Part shown: positions 52,828 to 64,000 of the stretch, one piece after another
Numbering within the stretch: position 1 is the first letter of the stretch
Layout: the number at the start of each line of letters is the position of its first letter
Origin: Octopus vulgaris
Lineage: Eukaryota
NCBI GenBank assembly: GCA_951406725.2
Contig: OX597821.1
Span: 97,154,001-97,218,000 of the forward strand
Reading direction: 5' to 3'
DNA: 64,000 bases
Notes under the pieces: model-generated
What the model was told of the DNA's origin: nothing
The model's database searches: none
Seen by the model: the letters and a program-made list of their open reading frames with translations, nothing else
Position numbers and translations under genes: made by a program

Positions 52828-52876
52828 CCTCTCTCTCTCTCACTCTTTTCTTTCTATCTCTCTCTCTTTCTACTTT

Positions 52877-52927
<51 letters not shown>

Positions 52928-53249
52928 TATACGTGTGTGTGTGTGAGTGAACATATAATTACATGCAGTCACATACTTGCAACATACACGCACACACTTA
53001 TACAGGTACATCCACTCACGCATACATGTACGCACACAAGCATGCACGCACGCACACACACACACATACACACATATACACACGCACATGTTTATTTAGA
53101 TATACATACATGTGCGTGCGTGCATGCATGTGTGTGTGTGCGCGCCTGTGTGTTCCTTGTTTAAGGTAATTCCCCATTAATATAACATACTTTTTATCAC
53201 GAATTTGAACACACCTCTTTATCTTTCTTATTATTAGAAAAGGGAATTA

Positions 53250-53945
53250 AGGTGGCGAGCTGGCAAAATCGTTAGCATGGTGGCCTTAGTGGTATTTCGT
53301 CCGTCTTTACATCCTGAGTTCAAATTACGCCGAGGTCGACTTTACCTTTCATCCTTTCGAGGTCGATAAATTAAGTACCTGTCAGGTACTGGAGTCGATG
53401 TAGTCTATTATCCCACTCCCCACAAATTCCAGGCTTACAGTTGAAATGGTTATTAATAAAGGGGTGGTTAGGCGGCGAGCTGGCAGTATCGTTAGCCCGA
53501 TGGGCAAAATGCTTTGCGACATTTCGTCCCTCTTTACGTTCTGTGTTCAAATTTCGCCGAGGTCAGCTTTGCTTTTCATCCTTTCGGGGTCGATAAAATG
53601 AGTACTAATTGAGCTTAGGGGTCGATGTAATCGACTTACCTAATCCTTTGTTTTTATTGGCCTTGTACCAACATTTGTAACTAATAAAAAGAGTAAAGCG
53701 GTGAGCAGGAAGTATCGTTAGCACCCCGGACAAAATGCTTAGCCGTATTTCATCCGGTTTTACGTTCTGAGTTCAATTTTGCCTTTCATCCTTTCGGTGT
53801 CGATAAAATGGATACTATTGGAGTACTGGGGTCGATAAAATAAGTAGCCAGTTTAGTACTGGGGTCGATGTTAGCGACTTAACCCTTCCCCAAAATTTTC
53901 AGGCCTTGTGCCTGTAATAGAAAGGATTATTAATAAAAGGTATTA
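53250..53945 (+). mobile_element. Three tandem SINE A-related copies; 53351-53598 is duplicated at 52012-52260
   Basis: Three heads near 53251, 53470 and 53697. Confidence 0.85.
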
Positions 53946-54039
53946 GGCTGTATGCAACAGAACCAGTAAAGTTACAGACGAAATACTTTTACATTTGGAG
54001 TTCAAATCTCACTGACGTCAAACTCTGCCTTTGGGCTTA

Positions 54040-54277
54040 ATACCTATTTCTTTACTACCCACAAGGGGCTAAACACAGAGGGGACAAATAAGGACAGACA
54101 AAAGGATTAAGTCGATTATATCGACCCCAGGGCGTAACTGGTACTTATTTAATCGACCCCGAAAGGATGAAAGGCAAAGTCGACCTCGGCGGAATTTGAA
54201 CTCAGAACGTAACGGCAGACGAAATACCGGTAAGCATTTTGCCCGAGGTGCTAACGATTCTGCCAGCTCACCGCCTT
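54040..54277 (-). mobile_element. SINE family A
   Basis: Full length; the 3' end reads AAAGAAATAGGTATT. Confidence 0.92.
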
Positions 54278-54566
54278 AGCATCAACATAAATGAAGTAAT
54301 TTAGTCGATATTCTATAAAAAAAAAAAATACTAAACCAAAATGTCTGCTGCCGTTGTGTCCGTGTAGGAATAGCTCATGGCCGAATGATTAGAGAACAAA
54401 GGAAAATCCTCTTTCCTTTTATGTTATGATTTCAAGCCTTTCTAGGATCCACTTTATTTATCAACTCTCTGTATTTGTACTAGTGATATACTAAGGATCA
54501 TTTTCCGTAAATGTATGGTCTTGTATGAAAGCAAGAAATCTTATTTAAATCTTTGAAATTTTGTAC

Positions 54567-54806
54567 CTATAGACACTCGTGAGATAGCATTTTATCTGGC
54601 TTTGTGCCTATAGACTCTTGAGAAAGCATCTTCCCTGGTTTTGTTCCTATTGGCTCATCAAGCAGCATTTTACCTGGATTCGTGCCAATAGGCTTCTGAG
54701 GAAACATCTTATCCGGATCTGTGATTTTCGGCTTGTGAGGCAACATTTTATCCGGATTTTCAAGGCGTCTAGGTGTTTGAGAGTAAAAGATTTTCCTACT
54801 CCCACC
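54567..54806 (-). CDS. Candidate coding segment with five 13-aa repeats (xP[DG]KMLxxx[PS]IGT); product unknown
   Basis: 79 open codons GGSRKIFYSQTPRRLENPDKMLPHKPKITDPDKMFPQKPIGTNPGKMLLDEPIGTKPGKMLSQESIGTKPDKMLSHECL*; 39-bp period; variation is concentrated at third codon positions. Confidence 0.5.
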   Translation of the reverse strand, partial: GGSRKIFYSQTPRRLENPDKMLPHKPKITDPDKMFPQKPIGTNPGKMLLDEPIGTKPGKMLSQESIGTKPDKMLSHECL

Positions 54807-54812
54807 CTAAAT

Positions 54813-55053
54813 CAGTGGTTCTCAACCATATTTTACCTATGGATTCCTATATTACTTGGGTGAATTTACCAACCCAGTTGATGTTTATAAAATCCTATTG
54901 TATTTTTATAATTAAATATTACAAGGAATTGTATTTAAAAAAAACCGTTAAAATATTTTGTGTATTGTAGAAATATAACCAATTTATTCTACATTTTAAC
55001 AAAATCTTATATGGGCCCCCAAGGGCCATATGGACCCTGATTAAGAACTACTG
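54813..55053 (+). mobile_element. hAT (Charlie-like) MITE
   Basis: TIRs CAGTGGTTCTCAA / TTAAGAACTACTG; 8-bp target duplication CCCTAAAT / CTCTAAAT; a related decayed copy lies at about 42849-43087. Confidence 0.82.
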
Positions 55054-55999
55054 CTCTAAATGAATGGAACACATGCCCTTCGCATGACGGACTTTCACCT
55101 ATTGCTGATACTCAATTTTCAACTGAGTCGACCGGAGCAATGTGAAATAAAGTGCCATGCCCAAGGAAATAATATGTCATGGTCCAGGAGTCGAACACAC
55201 AACCTGACGATCGAGCGCTCAACACTCTACATATTACGTCACATACCTCCAGGAAACCCTAACTGTTAATGTAATTGTTAGTATTAATGGGTTCGTGGAA
55301 ATGGAAAGTAAAAGCAGAATGTCGTATTAAAGGCCTTGCTCTATTTGGTTATGTATCCCCGACACACACTAGAATAATTTTTCGTCGTCCTGCTTTCTGA
55401 GATCAATAAAATAAGTAGCAGTCGTATGTTGCTGTTTCATTGAATTAAATATAGCACTACGTTATATATAATACATACATGCATATATATATATGTATAT
55501 ATATATATAATGTATGTGTATGTATGAATGTATGTATGTGTGTGTAACTCTCCCTCTCTCTTTTCCCTCCTACCCTCTTTCTCTTTTTCTCTCTTAACTT
55601 CCTCGTTCAAATCTCTCTGAAGTCATCTTCCTGGGATCAATAAAATAAAGAGCAATCAATAAAAGGGGCAATTAATAATTCCTATGTCAGAAATGATTAT
55701 GTTTGTTTCTTTGGCGAAAGTCTTTGGTCAAGCGTGTGGTTGAGTGTCAAGCATCTTTAACGGTTGTAAGCATGGGCTTGTAGGCCGAAAAATATAGAGG
55801 GAGAAGAGAGGAACACTTGCTATGGTGACTCGAAGTCTGTTGGGTTCCTTTGTCGCTTTTAGTTGGCATCTCCCACCATATCAGGGAATTTTGTTGTTAT
55901 AATTCTCTTGTCAACTGTTGTATTTTATTGCTTACAGATCTTTATGTTAAACCCCGCTGTCCTTTGTGTCCTAAATGTTTTGTGGGACTTGTGGTCAAA

Positions 56000-56470
56000 A
56001 AAGAAATTATCATTGTTGTTATTTTGCTTGCAATCTGTGTGTTTGACACAATCACTTGGCGGGTCACACCCAGCGACCTAGGGCAAGTGAAGTGTAAAAG
56101 ATTTTTTTTAGATATAATTGAAAGACAGGGGAGAAAAAGTGAGAAAGACAGTACAGAAATACCTGAACAATAATGAATGTTTCAGTATAAACCTTTTTAA
56201 AGGTTTTAGGGGGGGGGTTCTAAGAATATGTATGGTTCTTATTAACACAATCTTATGGATTTCTTTGAGAGATGGGTCTCCTGCGATGTTATCTAGATGT
56301 TTCTAATACCCCATTTTTATCATATCAAGGGCACCTAAATAATAGAGACGGCCTTTACTTTAATATGCCACATCTTTTGTATTTTAATTTCTAGATCCTT
56401 ATATTTATTGATTTTATCAAATTTCTTTGCATATATATTCCTATGAGACGAGAGACGTATCTTTTAGTAT
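56000..56470 (-). mobile_element. Old Dong/R4 LINE 3' end
   Basis: YKDLEIKIQKMWHIK..LGAL..KHLDNIAGDPSLKEIHKIVLIRTIHILR. Confidence 0.75.
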
Positions 56471-56677
56471 TGAAAATTAGGGTCACTACAACCGTCTAAC
56501 TTCCTCCCTCAAAATTTCAGGCTTTGTGCTTGTAGTAGAAAGGATTATTATTATCATTGACTGCCGGATTTCAGCTCAGTACGTAAAGTGCCGGAAGAAC
56601 AACTGCAAATCATTTTGTCCGACGCATTAACCTCTTCCTCTAAAATTACAGGCTTTGTGCCGAAATTTGGGACATTT

Positions 56678-56744
<67 letters not shown>

Positions 56745-56746
<2 letters not shown>

Positions 56747-57005
56747 TCTCTTTATCACAGGTTTTGTTGGAGCATGCGTAGCGGGCTTGCTACCTGCAGC
56801 CTACGGTACCATGCTATCCGTTCTTTTCAGCTAATACTTTCCTGATTATTCTGGCCGTGCCAAGGAGGCAAAACTTTTTGTAACAGTTCTGCTGAGCTTT
56901 CTATTGCAGTTACCTTTATTTTTCACTTGATGCCTTATGATACTGTTCCCAAGGACCCAACAATAATTAGCACTATCTTCACCTCCTTCATTTTCGATAG
57001 CCATT
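56745..57005 (-). mobile_element. Old Dong/R4 LINE 3' end abutting (TAA)n
   Basis: IVLIIVGSLGTVS..SSAELLQK. Confidence 0.6.
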
Positions 57006-57177
57006 ATTACTGAATTCAAATTCCGCTGAGGTTGACTTTGTCTTTCATCCTTTCGGGGTCGATAAATTAAGTACCAGTTAAGCACTGGGGTCGATGTAAT
57101 TGACTAGTCCTTTCTACCCAAATTTCAGGCCTTGTGCCTTTAGTAGAAAGGATTATTGTTATTATTATTCGGCGCAT

Positions 57178-57518
57178 GAAGGCGCATGGCTCAGTGGTTA
57201 GAGCGTCGAGCTCACGATCGTGAGGTTGTGAGTTCGAATCCCGGACCGGGCTGCGTGTTGTGTTCATGAGCAAGACATTTTATTTCACGTTGCTCCAGTT
57301 CACTCAACTGTAGAAATGAGTTGCGACGTTACGGGTGGCAAGCTGTATTGGCCTTTGCTTTCCCCTTGGATAACACTGGTGGCGTGGAGAGGGGAGGCCG
57401 GTATGTATGGGCGATTGCTGGTCTTCCATAAACCACCTTGCGCAGACTTGTGTGCCTTGGAGGGTAATTTTCTAGGTAGGTGCAATCCCACGGTCAGTCA
57501 TGACCGAAGGGGATCTCA
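57178..57518 (+). mobile_element. CORE-type tRNA SINE (family D), flanked by SINE A pieces
   Basis: A box TGGCTCAGTGG, B box GAGTTCGAATCCC, CORE-like TGAGCAAGACATTTTATTTCAC..CAGTTCACTCAACTGTAGAAATGAG. Confidence 0.85.
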
Positions 57519-58008
57519 AATTCGGCGAACAGGCAGAATCGATAAAACGCCGGACAAAATACTTTTCGTTCGTCTTTATGTTCTGAGTTCAAATCCTGCC
57601 GAGGTTGATTTTTGCCTTTCATCCTCACAAGGTCAATAAAAAAAATAAGTACCAGTTGAGACTTGGGGGGGGGGTCGATGTAATCAATTTACCCACTTCC
57701 CCTCAAATTGCTGGTCTGGTGCCAAAATTTGAAGCCATTATTATTATTTATTTATTTATTTATTTATTTTCATTCTTTTTTTTTAATCTCCCTTCATCTA
57801 TTCACAGATGATTTCAATTCATTTCGAAAACAGAACCGCTCAATATATTGAATTCCTCAAACTTTCAGCGCGTCGAAAGCGTGTAAGAATTGCATTATCT
57901 ATGCGTATGTGCTTGTGTGCATGTGCGTGAGTGTATGTGCATACGTGTGTGTGTGTGTGCGTACACATAGATACATATATACATATGTGTGTTTCATTTA
58001 CTTATCTG

Positions 58009-58052
<44 letters not shown>

Positions 58053-58264
58053 ATATATATATGTATGTATGTATGATTATTTACTCCCCGCCTTCTCATC
58101 ACTCTCTTTCTGTCTTTCTGAATGACAAATAAAAGTCGATATTCTATTACATCATTGGTTTAAGTAGAATATTAACTGGAAAGGAGAGAGAGAGGAAGGG
58201 AGGAGAAACGGAGGCGGGGGCGGCACGGAACGGAACGGAACGGAGGTGCGATGAGAGATGTACA

Positions 58265-58373
58265 ACAAGCAGCACCAGCACCAGCACCAACAGCAACAAC
58301 AACAGCAGCAGCAGTAGCAGTAGTAGTGGTGGTGGTGGTGTTGTTGTTGTTGTTGTTGGTGGTGGTGGTGTTG

Positions 58374-58408
<35 letters not shown>

Positions 58409-58433
58409 GGTGGTGGTGGTGGTGGTGGTGGTG

Positions 58434-58484
<51 letters not shown>

Positions 58485-58563
58485 TTGTTCGTGGTGGTGG
58501 TGGTGGTGGTGGTGGTGGTAGTAGTAGTAGTAGTAGTTGTTGTAGTAGTAGTAGTAGTAGTAG
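58265..58563. repeat. Compound trinucleotide tract (CAG/CAA/GTG/GTT/GTA)
   Basis: Direct reading. Confidence 0.95.
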
Positions 58564-58704
58564 TTTTTCTTTTTCTTTTAGGCGGAAATCTCGTATTCCG
58601 AAGCTAGGAAAAGCTCTCTAGCTGTATTGATTTTTTTTTGTCTTCATCAACCATGTTAAAACGTGTGTTATATAGTGTAAGCGGTTCTTGTGTTCGTGAG
58701 TATA

Positions 58705-58737
<33 letters not shown>

Positions 58738-59137
58738 TGTATGTGTGTGCGTGTGTGTGCGTGTGTGTGTGTGTTTACAGCCACCACCACCACCACCACC
58801 ACCACCACCACCACCACCACCATCACAATCACCATCATAAAACTAGGCACTACCTCTAACCGTCACACCAAACAACTGTCTTTGCCTCTTTGCCTCTTTG
58901 CCTGCTTTCCAGCAACAACCGAGGCACCACTAAACACAAACTAATATAACAACAGGTGCGTGTGTCTGTGTGTCTGTGTGTCTGTGTGTGCGTGCGCGCG
59001 CGTATGGGTGTGCGCGGGCGCGCGCGATTGTGGTGCTGTTGTTACTGCTGTTGCAGATTCCTTGGCCTACACCGTTCCCACTACTTCGTTTCTTCTCCGT
59101 TTTGGTGCATGTACATGTTTACACATACATACATACA

Positions 59138-59199
<62 letters not shown>

Positions 59200-59285
59200 C
59201 ATACATACATACATATATATACATATATATGTACGTATATTTATTTATACAAATATGATTTACATATACATATATGTGTATGTGT

Positions 59286-59346
<61 letters not shown>

Positions 59347-59401
59347 GTATGTGTTTGTGTTTATAGCACATGTGCAAGTAAATATATGACCTATTTATTA
59401 T

Positions 59402-59446
<45 letters not shown>

Positions 59447-59480
59447 TATACACACATTTACGAAGATAAACAACAGACAG

Positions 59481-59606
<126 letters not shown>

Positions 59607-59971
59607 CTAGACAGATAGATAGATAGATAGATAGATAGACAGATAGCTAGACAGAAAGTGTACGTGCACATACGCGAATAAGGTGATGCTCCAGCATGGG
59701 CATAATGCTTTGCCTGGAACTAGTAAAAGAGAAAGAATGGATTAATAAAATAGTAAGTGGATATATGTGTATACATTCATACATTATATGTGTGTATACC
59801 ATACCCCCCCACACACACACATGCAAACATATATATTTATATATGTGCATATATATATATATATATATTGTCAATAAAAAAGGGGTAGAATTAATTAATT
59901 AATAAAAAAGTGGTCAATAAAAAGGGGTCATATTTTTATAAATTAATACTTCATTTTATAAATTAATACTT

Positions 59972-60025
<54 letters not shown>

Positions 60026-60279
60026 CATACATATATATCCTTGCTATTATGCAAAAGTGTCTTAAGTCCAAAACGTTGCATTTTCAGAAAACGGAAAAAT
60101 AGTTTTACCATTCCATAGCAAAACCGTTCTACTACACTTTGACAATTTTCGATATTTTGGCAGCTGAACGATAGATTGGTTAAAAGAACCGGGTATTGCA
60201 AGCAAAACTAAATGTTGAAAATAAGGTATTTGGCCAAATTTGGACGTACGATAGTTTAACATAATAGCAACAATATATA

Positions 60280-60345
<66 letters not shown>

Positions 60346-60691
60346 CATATATATATTATATATATATATATAAATAATTTACAAATAATTTTTGTAAATC
60401 ATTTATAAAATTAACCTTTAAAGGTATTTTTTGATATGCTGGCCATTGATAAAAAAATTTTTCCCGAAAAAAATTTTACCCTACATTAATTATATATATA
60501 TATATATATATATTTATAAATAAGGATAACATCGATATTATCAAGTGGCCAGCATGGGGAAAAATACCATACAAAGGTAATAATTTTTTACAACTAAAAA
60601 TAAGGGTGTCTGAGAGACACCACCATGCCGAAATAGCAGTCAAATCCCTGACTCTAAAAACCACAGGAGTCAGAAATTTGACTGCTATATA

Positions 60692-60743
<52 letters not shown>

Positions 60744-60972
60744 ACACATGTGTATGTTTGTATATTATACACGAACACACACCCATGTGACCCACCATGT
60801 TCGTTCAATATCTATTTGTATCTGGAGACACCATGGGAGACATTGTCTCCTACAACATCTAATGTATATATAATTAAATCTAGGGCAACGTCAGCTTAGC
60901 ACGGAACTCCACTCTCGACACCCCACCCACCCCCTTCTCAGCTCCATGCTCCGCACCATGCACGCACACAAT

Positions 60973-61044
<72 letters not shown>

Positions 61045-61365
61045 GCACGCACACACACACATACACAACAGAGGTGAGGTTGAACTTAAGCTCTCAATAA
61101 AAGCTAACGAAAATTCCTCGTTCTCTTCGCAATGCACTGTTGCTGCTGTGCTGCTGCCTGCATTGTCCCTACTGCTTCTGGTGCAGTTTTGTTCCAGCAG
61201 TGATTTGTTCCAATATAGCTTGTGATGCTACCAAGCTTTTTTTTACAAGCTTGATGGACTCTACCACTCCATGGTACCTATTTAACACGTAATTTGGAAT
61301 GAGGTCAATTTATCAAGTTGTGTATTTTCAGTCATCATGTTGTTCTACACTACCACGCATGTGGA

Positions 61366-61415
<50 letters not shown>

Positions 61416-61631
61416 CGCGCGTGTATGTATCTAAACACACACACATATATGTATGTATGTATGTACATATATACATATTTGTATGTACATATATATATAT
61501 ATATGGATATATATATATATACATATATATATGTATATATATATATATGTGTGTGTGTTTGTATGTACATATATATATATGTGTGTGTGTATACATATAT
61601 ATATATATATATATAATTGATAGAAGATTAA

Positions 61632-61788
61632 GGTGTGGCTGTGTGGTAAGAAGCTAGCTTCCCAACTACATGATTCCGGGTTCAGTCCCACTGCGTGGCA
61701 CCTTGGGCAAGAGTCTTCTACTATAGCTTCGGGTCGATCAAAGCCTTGGGAGTAGATTTGGTTGGCAGAAACTGAAAGAAGCCTGTCG

Positions 61789-61821
<33 letters not shown>

Positions 61822-62010
61822 TTGAGTGTATATTTATGTTTGTGTCTTTGTGTCTGTGTTTATCTCCTCGCCATCGTCTGGCAACCGATGCTGGTGTGTT
61901 TATATACCCGTAAGCTAGCGGTTCGGCAAAATGATGCCGATAGAGTAAGTATAAGGCTTACAAAGAATAAGTCCTGAGTTCGATCTCTTCGACTAAAAAC
62001 CCTTAAAGGC
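61632..62010 (+). mobile_element. Older SINE family C copy
   Basis: GTGGCTGTGTGGTAAG..GGGTTCAGTCCCACTGCGTGGCACCTTGGGCAAG. Confidence 0.85.
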
Positions 62011-62315
62011 TTTGTGAATTCTGTCGAAGACGACAGGTGAGGGTCGCGCGGTTCCTGCTCAGATCATTTATTTATTTGTATATCAAACGAATAGGCAGGA
62101 CATTAGCTCAACCTCTCCGTCATATCGACATTACCTGTACGGGTGAAGAGGTGTGCCACATGTCAGACGTAATTGCAGAGCTACCTGAAATGAAGCATTA
62201 TACTCAAGAGCACCTGCCTGTCTAGAAATCGAAACCACGATCTTCCGATAATTAGTGCAGCACACGAACTGCTTTATGTATATGTGTTTTATCTATATTT
62301 ATGTGTCTATATATA

Positions 62316-62413
<98 letters not shown>

Positions 62414-62919
62414 GGTTTGGAGGTGATGTACAGGTGTTTTATATTAGAAGAAATGAGGTACTCAGAAATTCGGATGGTTTTATATTTACAGATATTTATT
62501 TGCATATTACATGTTTTTATACATCATGTACATACATCATATAATCAGCGCTTTCGTCCATTTTAATGGAGTTGTCAAATTGAACTAAGTTCTTGGAGAA
62601 AATTTGACTATTTTTATAGTGTTATTGAGTGTGTAGTGGTGGGGAGAGATATAACATAGTACAAGAGGGTAATGAATGGGGTGAAAGTGAGAGAGAACAT
62701 ATGTGTGTGTTTGTGTGTGTGTGCGTGTGTATGTGTGTGTGTGTTTTTGTATCTGAAAGAGGTGTTAAAGAAAAAGAAGGAAAGGAAGAAAAGGGGGAGA
62801 AAGAAGAAAAAATTGTTTTGTTGGTCTCTTTTGTAACTGGGCAAGATGTTTACTCAAAGGGGGGCAAAATGGCATTTTTCAAAAAATTGTCTGGATTTCT
62901 TTTTTAGCATTGTCTTGTG

Positions 62920-63016
<97 letters not shown>

Positions 63017-63370
63017 ATGTGCGCGCGTGTGTGTGTGTGTGTTTGCATATCTGAAAGGAGTGTTAAATGGGAAAAAGAAAGAAAGTGTTTATATTTTTGC
63101 AACTGTAAATGATTTTTGGCTTTTAGAAATTGGCCACTTCAAAGGTTGTAAAATGTCACTTCTCAAAAAATTGTCTGGATTTCTTTTCATTATTGTTTTG
63201 TGTGTGTGTGGGGGGGGGGTGCCCGTGAATTTGGAAGAGAGGTCGCTGGAGAAGGGAAGAATTGTGTTGATATTAATACCACTTTTCAGTTCTTTCAATC
63301 CAATGTTTGATTCCTGTGCTTACATGGGATGGAGAATGTGGATTAGAGATTGTTTTTATTTATGTATATG

Positions 63371-63411
<41 letters not shown>

Positions 63412-63468
63412 AATACAATTTACTTTACAAATTTGGTCCTTCATCTAGTACAACTTATAGAAATATTT

Positions 63469-64000
63469 TCAGTCATTCAATTTGGGGGAGAACTTAGTTA
63501 TGAAGTATTTTTCCATATTCCTCCTGAAGGAGATGTCATTCTTTGGAAATTTGTAGAAGGAAAAGATCTTAAATTTTCCTTCTCCACATGTATCTAGGTA
63601 TTTAATCAGTGGTATCTTGCGCAGTTCCTCCTGTCGGACATGTAGGCGGTGAATTCTTGCTCGTTGGCATAAAGAATTTCCAGTTTCACCTATATAATCT
63701 TCCTTGTGTGTGTGGCAGGTTATGCAGTATATTACGTTCTGCGTCTTGCAGTTCATATCTGCATTTACTTTGAATATGTGACCACTCTTAAATTTCATTT
63801 GTTTGTCTCCCTCTATGTATTTGTAGGTGGGGTTACTGCAGATCCCACATCTACCATCTCTGCACTCTTTTACAAAGAATTCAGTTTTAGTTTCTGATGA
63901 GAATTTCGCTCTTGTTAGTTGTTTCTTCAGGTTTTTGTCTTGTCGTCTACTGTTTTTATGCAATATTTGTTTAATATGTTTTCCATTTTGGGGCTTTGTA
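63469..64000 (-). mobile_element. Penelope-like element ORF C-terminus: Cys linker and GIY-YIG endonuclease, running off the window
   Basis: CRDGRCGIC..MNCKTQNVIYCITC..YIGETGNSLCQR..H..RRNMEKYFITKFSPKLN*. Confidence 0.92.

Noticed and set aside
57178-57250. tRNA gene
   Set aside because: A and B boxes continue into a CORE-like SINE body without a proper acceptor stem; it is a SINE head, as at 20375 and 36653.
58251-58607. Poly-Val or poly-Thr protein
   Set aside because: Compound trinucleotide microsatellite without supporting gene structure.
60040-60090. Hammerhead-like ATGC..AAAACGTTGCAT between TA tracts
   Set aside because: The core is unrecognisable, and nearby sequence looks homopolymer-rich and possibly low quality.

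Overview
This is AT-rich animal genomic DNA. The SINE families, Dong/R4, RTE, CR1 and Penelope remnants and extreme microsatellite density point to an octopus or other coleoid cephalopod (inference from repeat content, not a database match). No intact host gene, rRNA, functional tRNA or CRISPR array is visible; most ORF-track entries are microsatellite translations. The window is intronic or intergenic and built from nested mobile elements: at least four tRNA-derived SINE families, Dong/R4, RTE and CR1 LINE fragments, Penelope-like remnants with minimal hammerhead motifs, a young mariner pseudogene, two Tigger relics, two non-autonomous Helitrons, a hAT MITE and a 3 x 514-bp tandem triplication. 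Best leads: (1) a minus-strand 39-bp repeat encoding a 13-aa motif with a coding-type substitution pattern, missed by the ORF track (54567-54806); (2) a SINE whose copies often run on into an internal restart point, suggesting a multimeric or circular template; (3) minimal hammerhead motifs beside (TA)n tracts; (4) an orphan ORF cut by the mariner; (5) a strongly signalled exon with stops in all frames. All translations and alignments were done by eye, and boundaries of decayed elements are approximate.
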